Source: Mustelus asterias
Lineage: Eukaryota
Direction of reading: 5' to 3'
NCBI RefSeq assembly: GCF_964213995.1
Contig: NW_027590123.1
Location: 930,001-994,000, forward strand
DNA: 64,000 nt
Shown: one piece after another, positions 9,210 to 21,565 of the stretch
Position numbering within the stretch: the first letter of the stretch is position 1
Layout: each line of letters begins with the position of its first letter
The notes under the pieces: generated by a model
What the model was told of the DNA's origin: nothing
The model's input: only the letters and a program-made list of their open reading frames with translations
Databases searched by the model: none
Translations under genes and position numbers: made by a program

Positions 9210-10310
9210 AAGCACATGGAATTCAGGAAACCTTGGCGAGATGGATCCGAAACTGGTTTAGTAATTGGACACAAAGGGTGGTGTTGGAAGGCTGTTTGAG
9301 TGGCTGGAGGCCGGTGTCCAGTGGTGCACCACAAGGCTCCGTGCTGGGGGGCTTATTGTTGTTATACATAAATGAGACAGATGATAATGTGGGGGCAACG
9401 ATAAGCAAGGTTCCAGATGACACCAAGATTGGTAGGATGGTTAATAGTGAAGAAGGTTGTAGGTTACAGGAAGATATCGCTGGGTTGGTCAGATAGGCAG
9501 AGCAGTGGCAGATGGTATTTGACCCTGATAGGTGCGAGGTGATGCACTTTGGAAGCAGTAACAAGGCAAGGGAGTATTTAATGAGTTGCAGGACACTGGG
9601 AAGCTCAGAGGAACATATGGATCTTGGGCAATTATTCACAGATCCCTGAAGGCAGCAGAGCAGGTGAATCAAGTGGTAAAGAAGGCAGATGAGACACTTG
9701 CTTTTATCAGTCATGGCGCAGAGTAGAAGAGCAAAGAGTTAATGTTGGAGTTGTACAGAGCGTTGGTTAGGCCACAGCTGGAGTACCGTGTGCAGATCTG
9801 GTCACCACACCAGAGGAAGGATATGATAGCACTAGAGGGGGTACAGAGGAGGCTCAGCAGCAAGTTGCCTGGGATGGAGTATTTGAGCTCCACGGAGAGA
9901 CTGGAAAGGTTAGGATTGTTTTCTTTAGAGCAGAGAAGGCTGATTGAGGTGTGTAAGATTATGAGGGGTATGGACAGGGTGAATAGGAAACAGCTGTTCC
10001 CCTTGGTTGAGGGGTCAATCATGAGGGGACATAGTTTTAGGGCAAAGGGCAGGAGATTCAGAAGAGAGTTGAGAAAAACATTCACTCAGAGGGTGATGGG
10101 AATCAGGAATGTACTGCCTGGGAAGGCAGTGGAGGTCGGAAACCTTACAACCTTCCAAAAGCATTTGGATGAGCACTTGAAACATCACAACATTCAAAGA
10201 TATGGTACAAGAGATGGAAAATTGGATTAGCACAACTTTAGTGGAAGTTACTGTTGGTGCAGACTCAATGGGTCGAAGGGCCTTTTCTTCACTGTACCAC
10301 TCTATGACTC
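9210..10310 (+). mobile_element. Degenerate CR1 LINE, 3' part
   Basis: ORFs 9233-9496 (GAPQGSVLG, PDDTKIG) and 9742-10230 (RPQLEYRVQIWSP, FTQRVM); CR1 tail near 10300. Confidence 0.92.
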
Positions 10311-10329
10311 TGAGGGAAGAAATTCCTCC

Positions 10330-11412
10330 TCACAGGAAGCAGAGAGTCGGAATAAATGGGTGCTTGTCTGGTTGGCGGATGGTAACTAGTGGCGTGCCGC
10401 AGGGATCGGTACTGGGGCCTCAACTATTTACCTTTTATATAGACGATCTGGAGGAGGGGACAGAGTGTAGGGTAACAAAGTTTGCAGACGACACAAAGAT
10501 AAGTGGAAAAGTGAATCGTGCGGAGGGCGTAGAAGGTCTGCAGAGAGATTTGGACAGGCTGAGTGAGTGGGCGAGGAACTGGCAGATGGAGTATAACGTT
10601 GACAAATGCGAGTTTATTCACTTTGGAGAAAATAATAGCAAATTGGATTATTATCTAAATGGAAAGAAATTACAACATGCTGCTGTGCAAAGGGACCTGG
10701 GGGTCCTTGTGCATGAGACGCAAAAACCCAGTCTGCAGGTGCAACAGGTGATCAGGAAGGCAAATGGGATGTTGGCCTATATCGCAAGGGGGATAGAATA
10801 TAAAAGCAGAGACGTCTTGCTGCATCTGTACAGGGTATTGGTGAGGCCGCAGCTGGAATACTGTGTGCAGTATTGGTCCCCTTATTTGCGGAAGGATATA
10901 TTGGCCTTGGAGGGAGTGCAGAGAAGGTTCACCAGGTTGATACCAGAGATGAGGGGTGTTGATTATCAGGAGAGACTGAGCAGATTGGGTTTGTACTCGT
11001 TGGAATTTAGAAGGCTGAGGGGGGGATCTTATGGAGACCTATAAGATAATGAAGGGGCTGGATAGGGTAGAGGTGGAGAGATTCTTTCCACTTAGAAAGG
11101 AAGCTAGAACTAGAGGGCACAGCCTCAAAATAAAGGGGGGTCAGTTTAGGACAGAGTTGAGGAGGAACTTCTTCTCTCAGAGGGTGGTGAATCTCTGGAA
11201 TTCTCTGCCCACTGAAGTGGTGTAGGCTACCTCGTTGAATATGTTTAAATCACGGATAGATGGATTCCTGATCGGTAAGGGAATTAGGGGTTATGGGGAT
11301 CAGGCGGGTAAGTGGAACTGATCCACTTCAGATCAGCCATGATCTTATTGAATGGCGGGGCAGGCTCGAGGGGCTAGATGGCCTACTCCTGCTCCTATTT
11401 CTTATGTTCTTA
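10330..11412 (+). mobile_element. Relatively young 5'-truncated CR1 LINE
   Basis: Open RT C-terminus (GVPQGSVLGP, KFADDTK, RPQLEYCVQYWSP), one frameshift near 11030, stop at 11223, tail TCTTATGTTCTTAT. Confidence 0.95.
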
Positions 11413-11534
11413 TCTCAGTCCTAAATGTCCTGCCCCCTTACTCTGTGACTATGCCATGGTTCTAGACACCACCAGCCCCCCCCCGCCCCCCCGCCCCCAG
11501 CCGGGGGAAACATTCTTCCTGTATCTACTCAGCT

Positions 11535-12270
11535 AACGTTTGGGGGTTGGGGAGAGTTATAGAACAAAGAGATCTCGGGGTACAGGTTCATAGCTTCTTG
11601 ACAGTGGAGTCACAGGGACAGAGTGGTGAAGAAGGCATTCAGCATGCTTGGTTTCATTGGTCAGAACATTGAATACAGGAGTTGGGATGTCTTGTTGAAG
11701 TTGTACAAGACATTGTTAAGGCCACGCTTGGAATACTGTGTACAGTTCTGGTCACCCTATTTTAGAATGGATATTATTAAACTAGAAAGAGTGCAAAAAA
11801 GATTTACTAGGATGCTACCGGGACATGATGGTTTGGGTTTTAAGGAGAGGTTGTACAGACTGGGACTTTTTTCCCTGTAGCGTAGAAGACTGAGGGGTGA
11901 TTTTATAGAGGTCTGTAAAATAATGAGGGGCATAGATCAGCTAGATAGTCAATATCTTCTCCCAAAGGTAGGGGAGTCTAAAACTAGAGGGCATAGGTTT
12001 AAGGTGAGAGGGGAGAGATACAAAAGGGTCCAGAGGGCAATTCTTTTCACACAGAGGGTGGTGAGTGTCTGGAATGAGCTGCCAGGGGCAGTAGTAGGGG
12101 CGGGTACAATTTTATGTTTTAAAAAGCATTTAGACAGTTACATGGGTAAGATTGGTATAGAGGGACATGGGCGAAACACAGGCAATTGTGATTAGCTTAA
12201 TGGTAAAAACTGGGCGGCATGGACAATTTGGGCCAAAGCGCGTTTCCATGCTGTAAACCTCTATGACTCG
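11535..12270 (+). mobile_element. CR1 3' fragment inserted into an older minus-strand CR1
   Basis: ORFs 11623-11880 and 11923-12195. Flanks 11412-11530 and 12270-12750 are co-linear minus-strand CR1 pieces. Confidence 0.9.
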
Positions 12271-12755
12271 ACCCTGCTGAGCCCTGTAAGAATTGTCCAA
12301 GTTTGAATGAGGTCACCTCTCATGCTTCTCAAGTGCATAAAGTAAAAGTCCATTTTCTTTCCTCAGAGGACAATCCCTCCATCCCAGGAATTAATGCAGT
12401 GAAATGTCATTGAAGTCCCTCTCGGACAAGAATATCTTTCCTTAGGTAAGAGGATAAAACTGTCCACAACACTCCGTGTGTGGTTTCACCACCTAATTCA
12501 GCCTCTCCCACATCCCCTTGAAGAGTCTACATCCTCCTCACAACTCACACTTCCAAATGCTTTCATGTCATCTGCAAACTCGGAAATATTACATTTGATC
12601 CCAAACGTCCAAATCAATGATATGGATTGTGAATAGCTGGGCTCCCGAGTACTGATCCTTGTGATAAGCCGCTGGTCACAGCCTGCCACCCTGAAAATGA
12701 CCCATTTGTGCCTAAGCTCTGTTTTCTGTCCGTTAACCATTTCTCAATTCATGCC
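12270..12755 (-). mobile_element. Old CR1 fragment
   Basis: ORF 12498-12740 includes CNISEFADDMK (RT motif). Confidence 0.8.
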
Positions 12756-12889
12756 AGTATTATCAGGGTAAATACGTTGCATCACGGGGATAGGGCCTGG
12801 GTGGGAATGTTGTCAGCGCAGGCTCGATGGGCTGTATGGCCTCCTTCTGCACTGTAGGGATTCCATGATTCTAATATGTACATACGTCA

Positions 12890-13385
12890 GTGAAGGTGGC
12901 AGGGCACTTTGAGAGAGCAGTAAATGAAGTATATGGTATCCCAGCTTTTATTAATGGAGGGATTGAGGACAAGAGTAAGGAGTTCATATTGAATTTGTAT
13001 AAGACACTTGTTAGGCCTCATCTGGAGATTGCGCCCAGTTCTGGGCACCGTACTTGAGGAGGGATGTGAAGACATTGGAGAGAGTGCAGAGGAGATTCAC
13101 AAGAATGATTCCAGGGAATAAGATCCGTAGCCACGAGGGTAGATTGGAGAGGTTGGGACTGTTTTCCTTGGAGAAAAGAAGGCTGAGGGGAGACTTGAGA
13201 GAGAGAGATTCAAGATCCTAAGGGGTATCAACAGGTTAAAGAGTGAGAAACTCTTCCCTCTCAAGAGATGGTCATGAACTAGAGGGCACAGATTCTAAAT
13301 GATGGGGAAATGGATCAGAAGTGAAGTGAGGAAAAGCACTTCATCAAGAGGGTGTTTGGAATCTGGAACAATCTTCCTGAAAGCC
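12890..13385 (+). mobile_element. Old CR1 3' fragment
   Basis: TTGTATAAGACACTTGTTAGGCCTCATCTGGAG..AGAAGGCTGAGGGGAGACTTG ([18 protein letters not shown] motifs). Confidence 0.85.
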
Positions 13386-14767
13386 TGTTCCAATATTCAA
13401 TAAGATCCTGGCTGATCTGTGATCTAACTCTCTGTCTCTTAACCCCTTGGACTAAGGAAAATCTATCAACCCCAGATTTAAAATAATAACAAGTGACTGA
13501 GCATCAATAGCCATTTGCAGAAGATTGTTTCAAACTAACTCCACACCACATCTGGCAATGTTTCCATTTCGACAATTCTAAACTGAGGCTAACATTCAAA
13601 TATTCCCAAATCCTGGAGTTCCCAGCCAGCAGAAAAACTTGTTCCTTATCAGCCTCTCCCTTTCCCTCATTATTTTCAATGTTTGATTAAATCAGCCCCC
13701 AACTTAAATTCCAGCGGTTAAGAATAATGTTTAATCTGCACTGTTCATCAAATGTTCCCAACACAAATACTGTAATGGGCTAAATACAGAGTAAAATTCC
13801 CTCTGCTCTGTCCAAGGAATGTTTCATCACAGATTTTTATTTTGAAGTTTAGGAAAAACAGGAATCAAATTGCTCAGCATCCCAGTGTGGCCTCCTGTTT
13901 ATTTCAATCAGCCCTTCACATTCAAACATGAAGTTGAAGCTTCGAATACTGTCTGTGGCAGCGTTTGTGGATTCAGTTGTTCTCCTGCTTTTTCACTTGT
14001 CTGAAGGATTTGAATTATAGACATTGTTTAATCATTCCTTTCTCTCAGCACATGGAACTTGTGAATCTTCAAGGCAGACAATCTCATGTAATTCACAACA
14101 AACTGCATCTTTATTCATCCGTCCATTTCCTATCTCTGAATGGATCACACACATTTCCAGAATGCAGGAAGCTCTCAATGGAAACTGCTTCCAATTATTC
14201 CCCAATACAATTGTTCGCACTTTACTGTGAACTACATTCCACTGACATTCCCAAAGCAGCCACAGAAAAGTGACTGGTTATTTTAAACATTGAACCTGAA
14301 CTATTTGAGCTGATGATTCACTCACATTGTACAGAAATGTTGAGTCTGTTTTGATGAGAGTGATCAGATTAACATTGTAACATGAAGACAGCCTCCGTAC
14401 TGAGATTAACCACATTTACAACAATTCCGCAATATCAGATCCATTGCTGTGTGTTTTGTGCGAATTCAGCTGTGAAATATCTGGACATTTGGAGCTTCCA
14501 CTGTTTCTGTCATTTCATCATTTATTAAAGTGCGTTGTTCTATCCCTTTTAAATCTAAGTTGTGTCAGTTTACATTTCCCTGCAGCACTGAAACCTCTCC
14601 ACCAGTTTTGTCCATGTACAAAATATGAATAACTCTTTGCAATGTGATGTTTCCAGCTACGCTGCTTACAATGCTGACTAATGTTTTGTGTCATCGGCAA
14701 ACCAGGATGTGTAGCATTCAGTCACATTAAATGGTCAATAAATATGTCAATACTGTGTATATATTTC

Positions 14768-15264
14768 TCTGTGTGTGTGTCTGTGTGTGTGTGTGTGTCT
14801 GTGTCTGTGTGTGTGTGTGTGTCTGTGTGTCTGTGTGTGTGTGTGAGTGTCAGCATGCATGTGTGTCAATGTATTTGAATCTCAAATATGTGCAGTTGGA
14901 GGCCATTTGACCCATTGAGCCTGCTCCCCCACTCAAACAGATCATGACAAACACACACACACAGACACACAGACGCACACGCACTCACAGAGATACAGAC
15001 ACACACACACAGACGCACACGCACTCAGAGATACAGACACATACACACACTCATAGACACACACACACAGACAAAGAGAGAGACACACAGACACTCACAG
15101 ACACACACGCAGAGAGACACAAACACACACTCACAGACACACATGCACAAAGACACAGAGACACACACACAGACACACACTCACTCACAGACACACGCAG
15201 AGAAACACAATCACACACACAGAAACACACATTGAAATAGACACTTGCACACACTTAGAAACTG

Positions 15265-15335
<71 letters not shown>
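14768..15335. repeat. (GT)n and (CA)n/(GA)n compound microsatellites, inversely oriented
   Basis: GT-rich 14768-14865; CA-rich 14950-15335 including a pure (CA)n run. Confidence 0.95.
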
Positions 15336-15337
<2 letters not shown>

Positions 15338-15682
15338 TACAAAAACATAAGCGCACCGACACTCTCATTCCTATTTCTGTTTTACTCCTCAATCCCCCAA
15401 CTAAAAAGTACTGGGATCTGAACTTGAAATGCTGGAACTGATCATGGAGGAATGAGTGGGGCCTAATAGACACTGAGAAGTTAACTTGTGTGTGAATCAT
15501 AGAATGGTGACAGCACAGGAGGCCATTCAGCCCGTCAAGCCTGGATCGACACACTGCTAGAGCAGTTTCACTATTCCCAATCCTCCACCCTCTCCCCGTA
15601 ACCCTGTCAATATTTTCCCTTCAGCTTCCCATTCAATTTCCTCTTGATGGAATCTTCTCCCACCTCTGACTCAGGCAGAACA

Positions 15683-15901
15683 CAATGTGGAGATGCCGGC
15701 GTTGGACTGGGGTAAACACAGTAAGAAGTTTAACAACACCAGGTTAAAGTCCAACAGGGTTATTTGGTAGCAAAAGCCACACAAGCTTTCGGAGCTCCAA
15801 GCCCCTTCTTCCGGTGAGTGGGAATTCTGTTCACAAACAGGGCAGATAAAGACACAGACTCAATTTACATGAATAATGGTTGGAATGTGAATACTTACAG
15901 C
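15683..15901 (-). mobile_element. Penelope-like element terminal repeat (pLTR) with a minimal hammerhead-ribozyme motif
   Basis: Minus strand CACCGGAAGAAGGGGCTTGGAGCTCCGAAAGCTTGTG..CCTGTTGGACTTTAACCTGGTGTTGT..CCCCAGTCCAACGCCGGCATCTCCACAT. Confidence 0.75.
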
Positions 15902-15959
15902 GAATCAAGGCAGAACATTCCAGATACCAGCAGTCACTACGTTAAAAACATTTCCTCAT

Positions 15960-16380
15960 CACAGATTCATACAGTGCAGAAGAGACCCTTCGGCCCATCG
16001 AGTCTGCACCGACACGTGAGGACCACCTAACATACCGACCTCACCCCATTTACCAGCACTTGGCCCATAGCCCTGAATGTGATGATGTGCCAAGTGCTTA
16101 TCCAGCTACTTTTTAAAGGATGTGAGGCAACTTGCCTCGACCAACCTCCCAGGCAGCGCATTCCAGACTGTCACCACCCTGTGGGTAAAACAGATTTTCC
16201 TCACATCCCCCCTAAACCTCCTGCCCCTCACCTTGAACCTATGTCCCCTCGTGACTGACCCTTCAACTAAGGGGAACAGCTGCTCCCGATCCACACTCTT
16301 CATGTCTCTCATAATCTTGTCCACCTCAATCAGGTCGCCCCCCCCAGTCTTCTCTGCTCCAATGAATACAACACAAGCCG
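15960..16380 (-). mobile_element. CR1 3' end
   Basis: ORF 16106-16324 (TRGHRFKVRG..FTHRVVTVWNALP). Confidence 0.9.
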
Positions 16381-16399
16381 ACTCAACTTCTAATTTTTA

Positions 16400-16590
16400 A
16401 TTTTGTTTATTAGTGTCACAAGTAGGCTTGCATTAACACTGTGAAGTTACTGTGAAAATTCCCCAGATGCCACACTCTGGTGTTCGGTTACACTGAGAGA
16501 AAATTTACCACGGCCAATGCACCCTAACCAGCACATCATTCACACTGTGGGAGGAAACCGCAGCACCCAGAGGAAAGCCACGCAGACCTC
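16400..16590 (-). mobile_element. V-SINE fragment
   Basis: TTTATTAGTGTCACAAGTAGGCTT..TGTGAAAAT..GGAGGAAACCG: inverted SINE tail and core. Confidence 0.85.
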
Positions 16591-17584
16591 CGGGATCGGC
16601 GCAGACATGATGGGCCGAATGGCCTCCTGCTGTTCTGTGATTCGAGAACACCCTTTGTGTGAAGACGTGTTCCTTAATTTCACTTTGAAAGGGTTTCAGA
16701 ATATTTTTAATATTTCAGACAATGATCCCAGTCCCAGACTCCACAACCAGCAAGAAACATTTCTCTTTCTCTATCCTATCAGTTTCCATTATTCTCCTGA
16801 CAACGTTGATCAAATTATCCCTGACACTCCAAACTTCCCGGGAATACAACCCTCGTTTGTGTCTCCATAGCTGCGTCTCTGTCACATTTAAAATACTAAT
16901 GTTACCTCAGCGAGGAGACAACTCTGTCAGAAATATCTCAGTGCTGCGCTCACATCAAATGGCCGCTGGGAAGAAAGGCCAAATGGCTGACTGATATTTG
17001 TGGATATTTTTCACAGATTCCCAGGGAGGGAGAGGGAGAGATGGAGAGAGGGACAGAAGACACAGACAGAGAGAGTGAGAAAAAGAAATAAACAGAATTA
17101 CCTTGGGCCCATTTAGTTTCTATTTTCTCTGCTCTCCTCAACTTCTTGTCTGAACTCCACTTGCCTCCTTCTGCCCTGTAACAATTCTGTGATCCTGTGA
17201 TGGGATAAACAGACCGAGGGAGGAAATATGAAGGTCCGCAGCATCTTTGAGAGTGGATTAATTGCGGGAATGAGGGATGTGAGCTCCAGGGTGAGGTTGG
17301 AGAAACGGGGCTTGTTCCCCTTGAGGGGAGATTTGCTCGAGATGTACAAGATTAGGACAGGTTTCGATAAAGTCGATAAAGGAAAGCTGTTGCCGTGAGC
17401 TGATTGGGTTCAGGGATGACAGGGAGACACAATTTAAAGTTTCAGGAGAGACGCAGTGAGGGAATGTGAGGAAAAACATCTTTCACACACACACAGAGCC
17501 TGGGAATGTGTTTGGACACACGGCCTATGAGGATGGTGGAAGCGGAGATGATGAGTGAATGACAGGGATGGAGAGGTGACACTA

Positions 17585-17930
17585 GGAGAGGCAATGGCCT
17601 AGTGCTATTATCTCCAGACTATTAATCCAGAAACTCAGCGAATGTTCTGGGGACCTGGGTTTGAATCCCACCAATTGGAATTCAATAAAAATATCTGGAA
17701 TTAAGAATCTACTGGTGACCATGAAACTATTGTCGATTGTCGGAAAAACCCATCTGGTTCACTAATGTCTTTTAGGGAAGGAACTCTGCCGTCCTTAGGT
17801 AGTCTGGGCTACGTGTGACTCCAGAGCCACAGCAATGCGGTTAACTCTCAACTGCCCGCGAAGAGCAACTCGATGCAATAAATTCTGTTCAGCCAGCGAT
17901 GCCCATGTCCCACAAAAGAATTAAAGAAAA
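17585..17930 (+). mobile_element. tRNA-derived SINE with a conserved central domain (MetaSINE-type; family name from memory)
   Basis: A/B-box head TGGCCTAGTG..GGTTTGAATCCC; core AAAAACCCATCTGGTTCACTAATGTCTTTTAGGGAAGGAA..GTGACTCCAGA. Further partial copy at 23745-23960. Confidence 0.8.
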
Positions 17931-18096
17931 CTTCAATCAACTCACTCCTGAACCTTCTAAATCCCAGGGATACAGAATAAATCTCCATCGAAACTGTCCT
18001 GTGACAAAATACACCACAGAGTTAGAAACACAGTCAATGCCTCGACTTTCTCAGAAGATGAAGGAAATTGGGCATGTCAGCTATAACTCTCACTAA

Positions 18097-18565
18097 CTCA
18101 TTCTTTCTGGTTGTATCACAGCTTGGTCTGGCTCCTGTTCTGCCCAAGACCGCAAGGATCTACAAAAGGTCATGAATGTAGCCCAATCCATCACGCAAAC
18201 CGGCCTCCCATCCACTGACTCTGTCTACACTTCCCGCTGCCTCGGAAAAGCAGCCAGCATAATGAAGGACCTCACCCACCCCGGACATTCTCTCTTCCAC
18301 CTTCTTCCGTCGGGAAAAAGATACAAACGTCTGAGGTCACGGACCGACCGACTCAAGAACAGCTTCTTCCTGCTGCTGGCAGACTTTTGAATGGACCGAC
18401 CCTGCATTAAATTGAACTTTCTCTCCACCCGAGCTATGACTGTAACACTACATTCTGCACTCTCTCGCTTCCTTCTCTATGAACAGTATGCTTTGTATGT
18501 ATAGCGCGCAAGAAACAAGACTTTTCACTGTATACTAATATGATAATAATAAATCAAATCAAAAT
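18097..18565 (+). mobile_element. Rex1/Babar-type non-LTR retrotransposon 3' end
   Basis: ILSGCITAW..SAQDRKDLQKV..HPGHSLFHLLPSGKRYKRLRSRTDRLKNSFF; (AAATC)n tail. Shorter tail copy at ~34010-34145. Confidence 0.85.
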
Positions 18566-18579
18566 AATTAATCAAGTCA

Positions 18580-18785
18580 AAGTATTTACCCTGCTAATCC
18601 CCCTAAGACTATGGGGAAAGTTAGCATGGCCAATCCACCGAACCCGCACATCTTTGGGCTGAGAGAAGGAAGAGCGGCACTCGGAGGAAACCCATGCAGA
18701 TAGTGACCCGAGGCTGGATATGAACTTGTGTCCCTGGTGCTGTGATACAGCAGTGCTAACCACTGGTGCCACCGTGCTGCCCGCT
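18580..18785 (-). mobile_element. HE1-like SINE
   Basis: GCAGTGCTAACCACTGGTGCCACCGTGCTGCCC is the inverted tRNA-like head. Confidence 0.85.
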
Positions 18786-19349
18786 CCTGTTTGGGAGCTT
18801 CACCAGGTTGACACCTCATTTTTAAGGGATGCCAGGTTGACCCCGTGGCTTGATGGGAATGGTTGAGTGGGGAATGAATCATTCTCTGTTACCTGCAGTG
18901 TCCTGGACATTGAGTGAAACTGACACTCAGACACATAAAACAACAACCTGCATTGATATAGCACCTTGAACAGAAACGTCCTCAGATGCTTCACAGGATC
19001 CTGGAGTGAAAAATTAGAAGCCGAGTCACAGGCGAGTTTAGGGACAAAAGAATTGCCCCAAAGCTCTGGTCAAAAAGGGGTTGTTTTTAGGAAATGTCTG
19101 AATGGTGGAAAGGGAGGGATGAAGACAGAGTTTTGGGAAGGAATTCCAGAGTTGGAGCCACACAGTTGAACTGCAGACCCCAATGGTGAAAGGATTAAAA
19201 TGGGGAATGGTCAGGGAGCCAGGATTAAAGGAAAACAGATATCAGAGGATGGTGGGACTGGGGGATATAGGGAGGGCTCATTTACAGAAGACAGTACCAA
19301 ACTTTAACCACATCTCGTGTGAAGAAGTGCTTCCTAATTTAGCTTTGAA

Positions 19350-19588
19350 AGAAGTTTAGAAGTTTATTTATTTGTGTCACAAGTCGGCTTACATGAACAC
19401 GGTAATGAAGTTACTGTGAAAATCCCTTAGTCGCTACACTCCGGCGCCTGTTCGGGTAACACTGAGGGAGAATTTAGCATGGCCAATGCACCCTAAACAG
19501 CACGTCTTTCAGACTGAGGGAGGAAACCGGAGCATCCGGAGGAAACCCACGCAGACACAGGGAGAACATGCGGACTCCGCACAGACAG
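19350..19588 (-). mobile_element. V-SINE, head truncated
   Basis: Inverted tail and GGAGGAAACCCACGCAGACAC core. Confidence 0.85.
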
Positions 19589-20645
19589 GAATAAATGAAT
19601 CTTTTTCTAAGCAGCAGGCAGTGACGAGTGGGGTCCCGCAGGGGTCAGTTCTTGGGTCCCAGCTATTCACAAAACACATCAGTGATTTGGATGAGGGAAC
19701 CAAATGTAATATTCTCAAGTTTGCTGATGAGACGAAACTTGGTGGGAATGTGAGTGATGAGGAGGATGTGAAGAGGCTTCGGGGTGATTTAGACAAGTTG
19801 AGTGAGTGGGGAAATACATGGCAGATGCAGAATAATGTGGATAAATGTGACGTTATCCACTTTGGACGGAGGAAGAGAATGGCAGAGTATTAGTTGAATG
19901 GTGATAGATTGGGAAATGTTGTACAAAGGGACCTGGGTATCTGAGAACACCAGTCACTGAAAGCAAGCATGCAGCTACAGCAAGCAGTTAGGAAGACCAA
20001 TGGGATGTTGTCCTTCATTGCAAGAGGGTTCGAGTAGAAGAGCAAGGATGTCTTACTGCAGCTGGACAGAGCCTCGGTGAGACCACACCTGGAGTCTTGT
20101 GTACAGTGTTCCTCTCCTTATCTGAGGAAGGATGTACTTGCCACAGAGGGAGAGCAGTGAATGTTCACCAGACTGATTCCTGGGATGGCAGCATTGATGT
20201 CTGAGGGGAGATTGGGTCGGCTGGGCCTGTATTCACTGGAATGTAGAAGAGTGAGCGGGGATCTAATTGAAAGGTATAAAATTCTGACAGTGCTGGACAG
20301 GCTGGATACAGGGATATTGTTTCCTCCGGCTGGGGGTGTCTGGAACAAGGGGTCACAGTCTCAGGATACGGGGGAGGCCATTTGGGACTGAGATGAGGGG
20401 AAACCTCTTCACTCAGAGGGTGGTGAACCTGTGGAATTCTCTCCCACAGAAAGCTGTGGAGACCAAGTCACTGAATATATTTAAGAAGGAAATAGATAGA
20501 TTTCTAGACTCCAAAGGTGTCGAGGTGTATGGGGAGAGCGCTGGTGTATGGCATTGAGACAGAGGATCGGCCATGATAGTGTTGAATGGTGGGTCAGGCT
20601 CGAAGGGCTGAATGGCCTCCTCCTCCTCCTATTTTCTATGTTGAT
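19589..20645 (+). mobile_element. Degenerate CR1; near-identical duplicate at 26410-27243
   Basis: GVPQGSVLGSQLFTKHISDLDEGTKCNILKFADETK with the same lesions in both copies. Confidence 0.92.
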
Positions 20646-20803
20646 GTGACCGCCCCAAGTCTCTTTGGGCCTCCACTCTTTCCAGCCTTTCCCCATTCAT
20701 AAAGCAATCTGTTCTATCCTTTTTCAAGTGGGTGACCACACAATTGTCTCCAATGAAATCCATCTTTCACTCTTTGAACCATTCAGTTAAGACATTTTAC
20801 TTT

Positions 20804-21565
20804 AGGGCGGCACGGTGGCACAGTGGTTCGTACTGCTGCCTCACAGCGCCAGGGACCTGGGTTCAATTCCAGCCTCGGGTGACTGTGTGGAGTTTGCACA
20901 TTCTCCCCGTGTCTGCGTGGGTTTCCTCTGGGTGCTCTGGTTACCTTCCACACTCGCAAGATATATAGGTTAGATGGATTAGCAATGGGGTTATGGGGAT
21001 AGGGCTGGGTGAGGGCCTGGGTAAGATACTCTGTCATCAAGTCTGTGCAGACTCAATGAGCTGAATGGCCTCTTATGCAGTGGAATACCTCTTTGCCATT
21101 TGAAGCTTCTGGTTTCCTTCCACACTCCAAAGATGTGCGGGTTAGGTTGATTGGCTGTGCTCAATTGCCCCTTAGTGTTAGGGGGATTCAGGCCTGGGTG
21201 GTATTGTTGTCGGGGGCAGGCTTGATGGGCCAAAGGACCTCCTTCTGCACTTTAGGGATTCTATGATGAACGGCATGGTGGCTCTGTGGTTAGCACAGCG
21301 CCAGGGACCCAGGTACAATTCCAGCCTCAGCTCGCTGTCAGTGTAGAGTTCTCCCAGTGTCTGTGTGGGTTTCCTCCGGGTGCTCCAGTTTCCTCCCACA
21401 GTCCAAACATGTGCGGGTTAGGTGGATTGGCCATGATAAATTGACCCAAGTGTCAGGGGATTAACAGGGTAAATATATGGGGTTACGGGAATAGGGCCTG
21501 GGTGGGATTGTGGTCGATGCAGACTCGATGGGCCGAATGGTCTGCCCTTCAGGGATTCTAGGATC
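20804..21565 (+). mobile_element. Three tandem HE1-like SINE copies or fragments
   Basis: Heads at 20804 and 21271; three GGGCTGAATGGCC/GGGCCGAATGG-type tails. Confidence 0.88.

Noticed and set aside
10202-11225. 280-aa ORF as a functional reverse transcriptase
   Set aside because: 5'-truncated CR1 with a frameshift and stop; the ORF start comes from the tail of another element.
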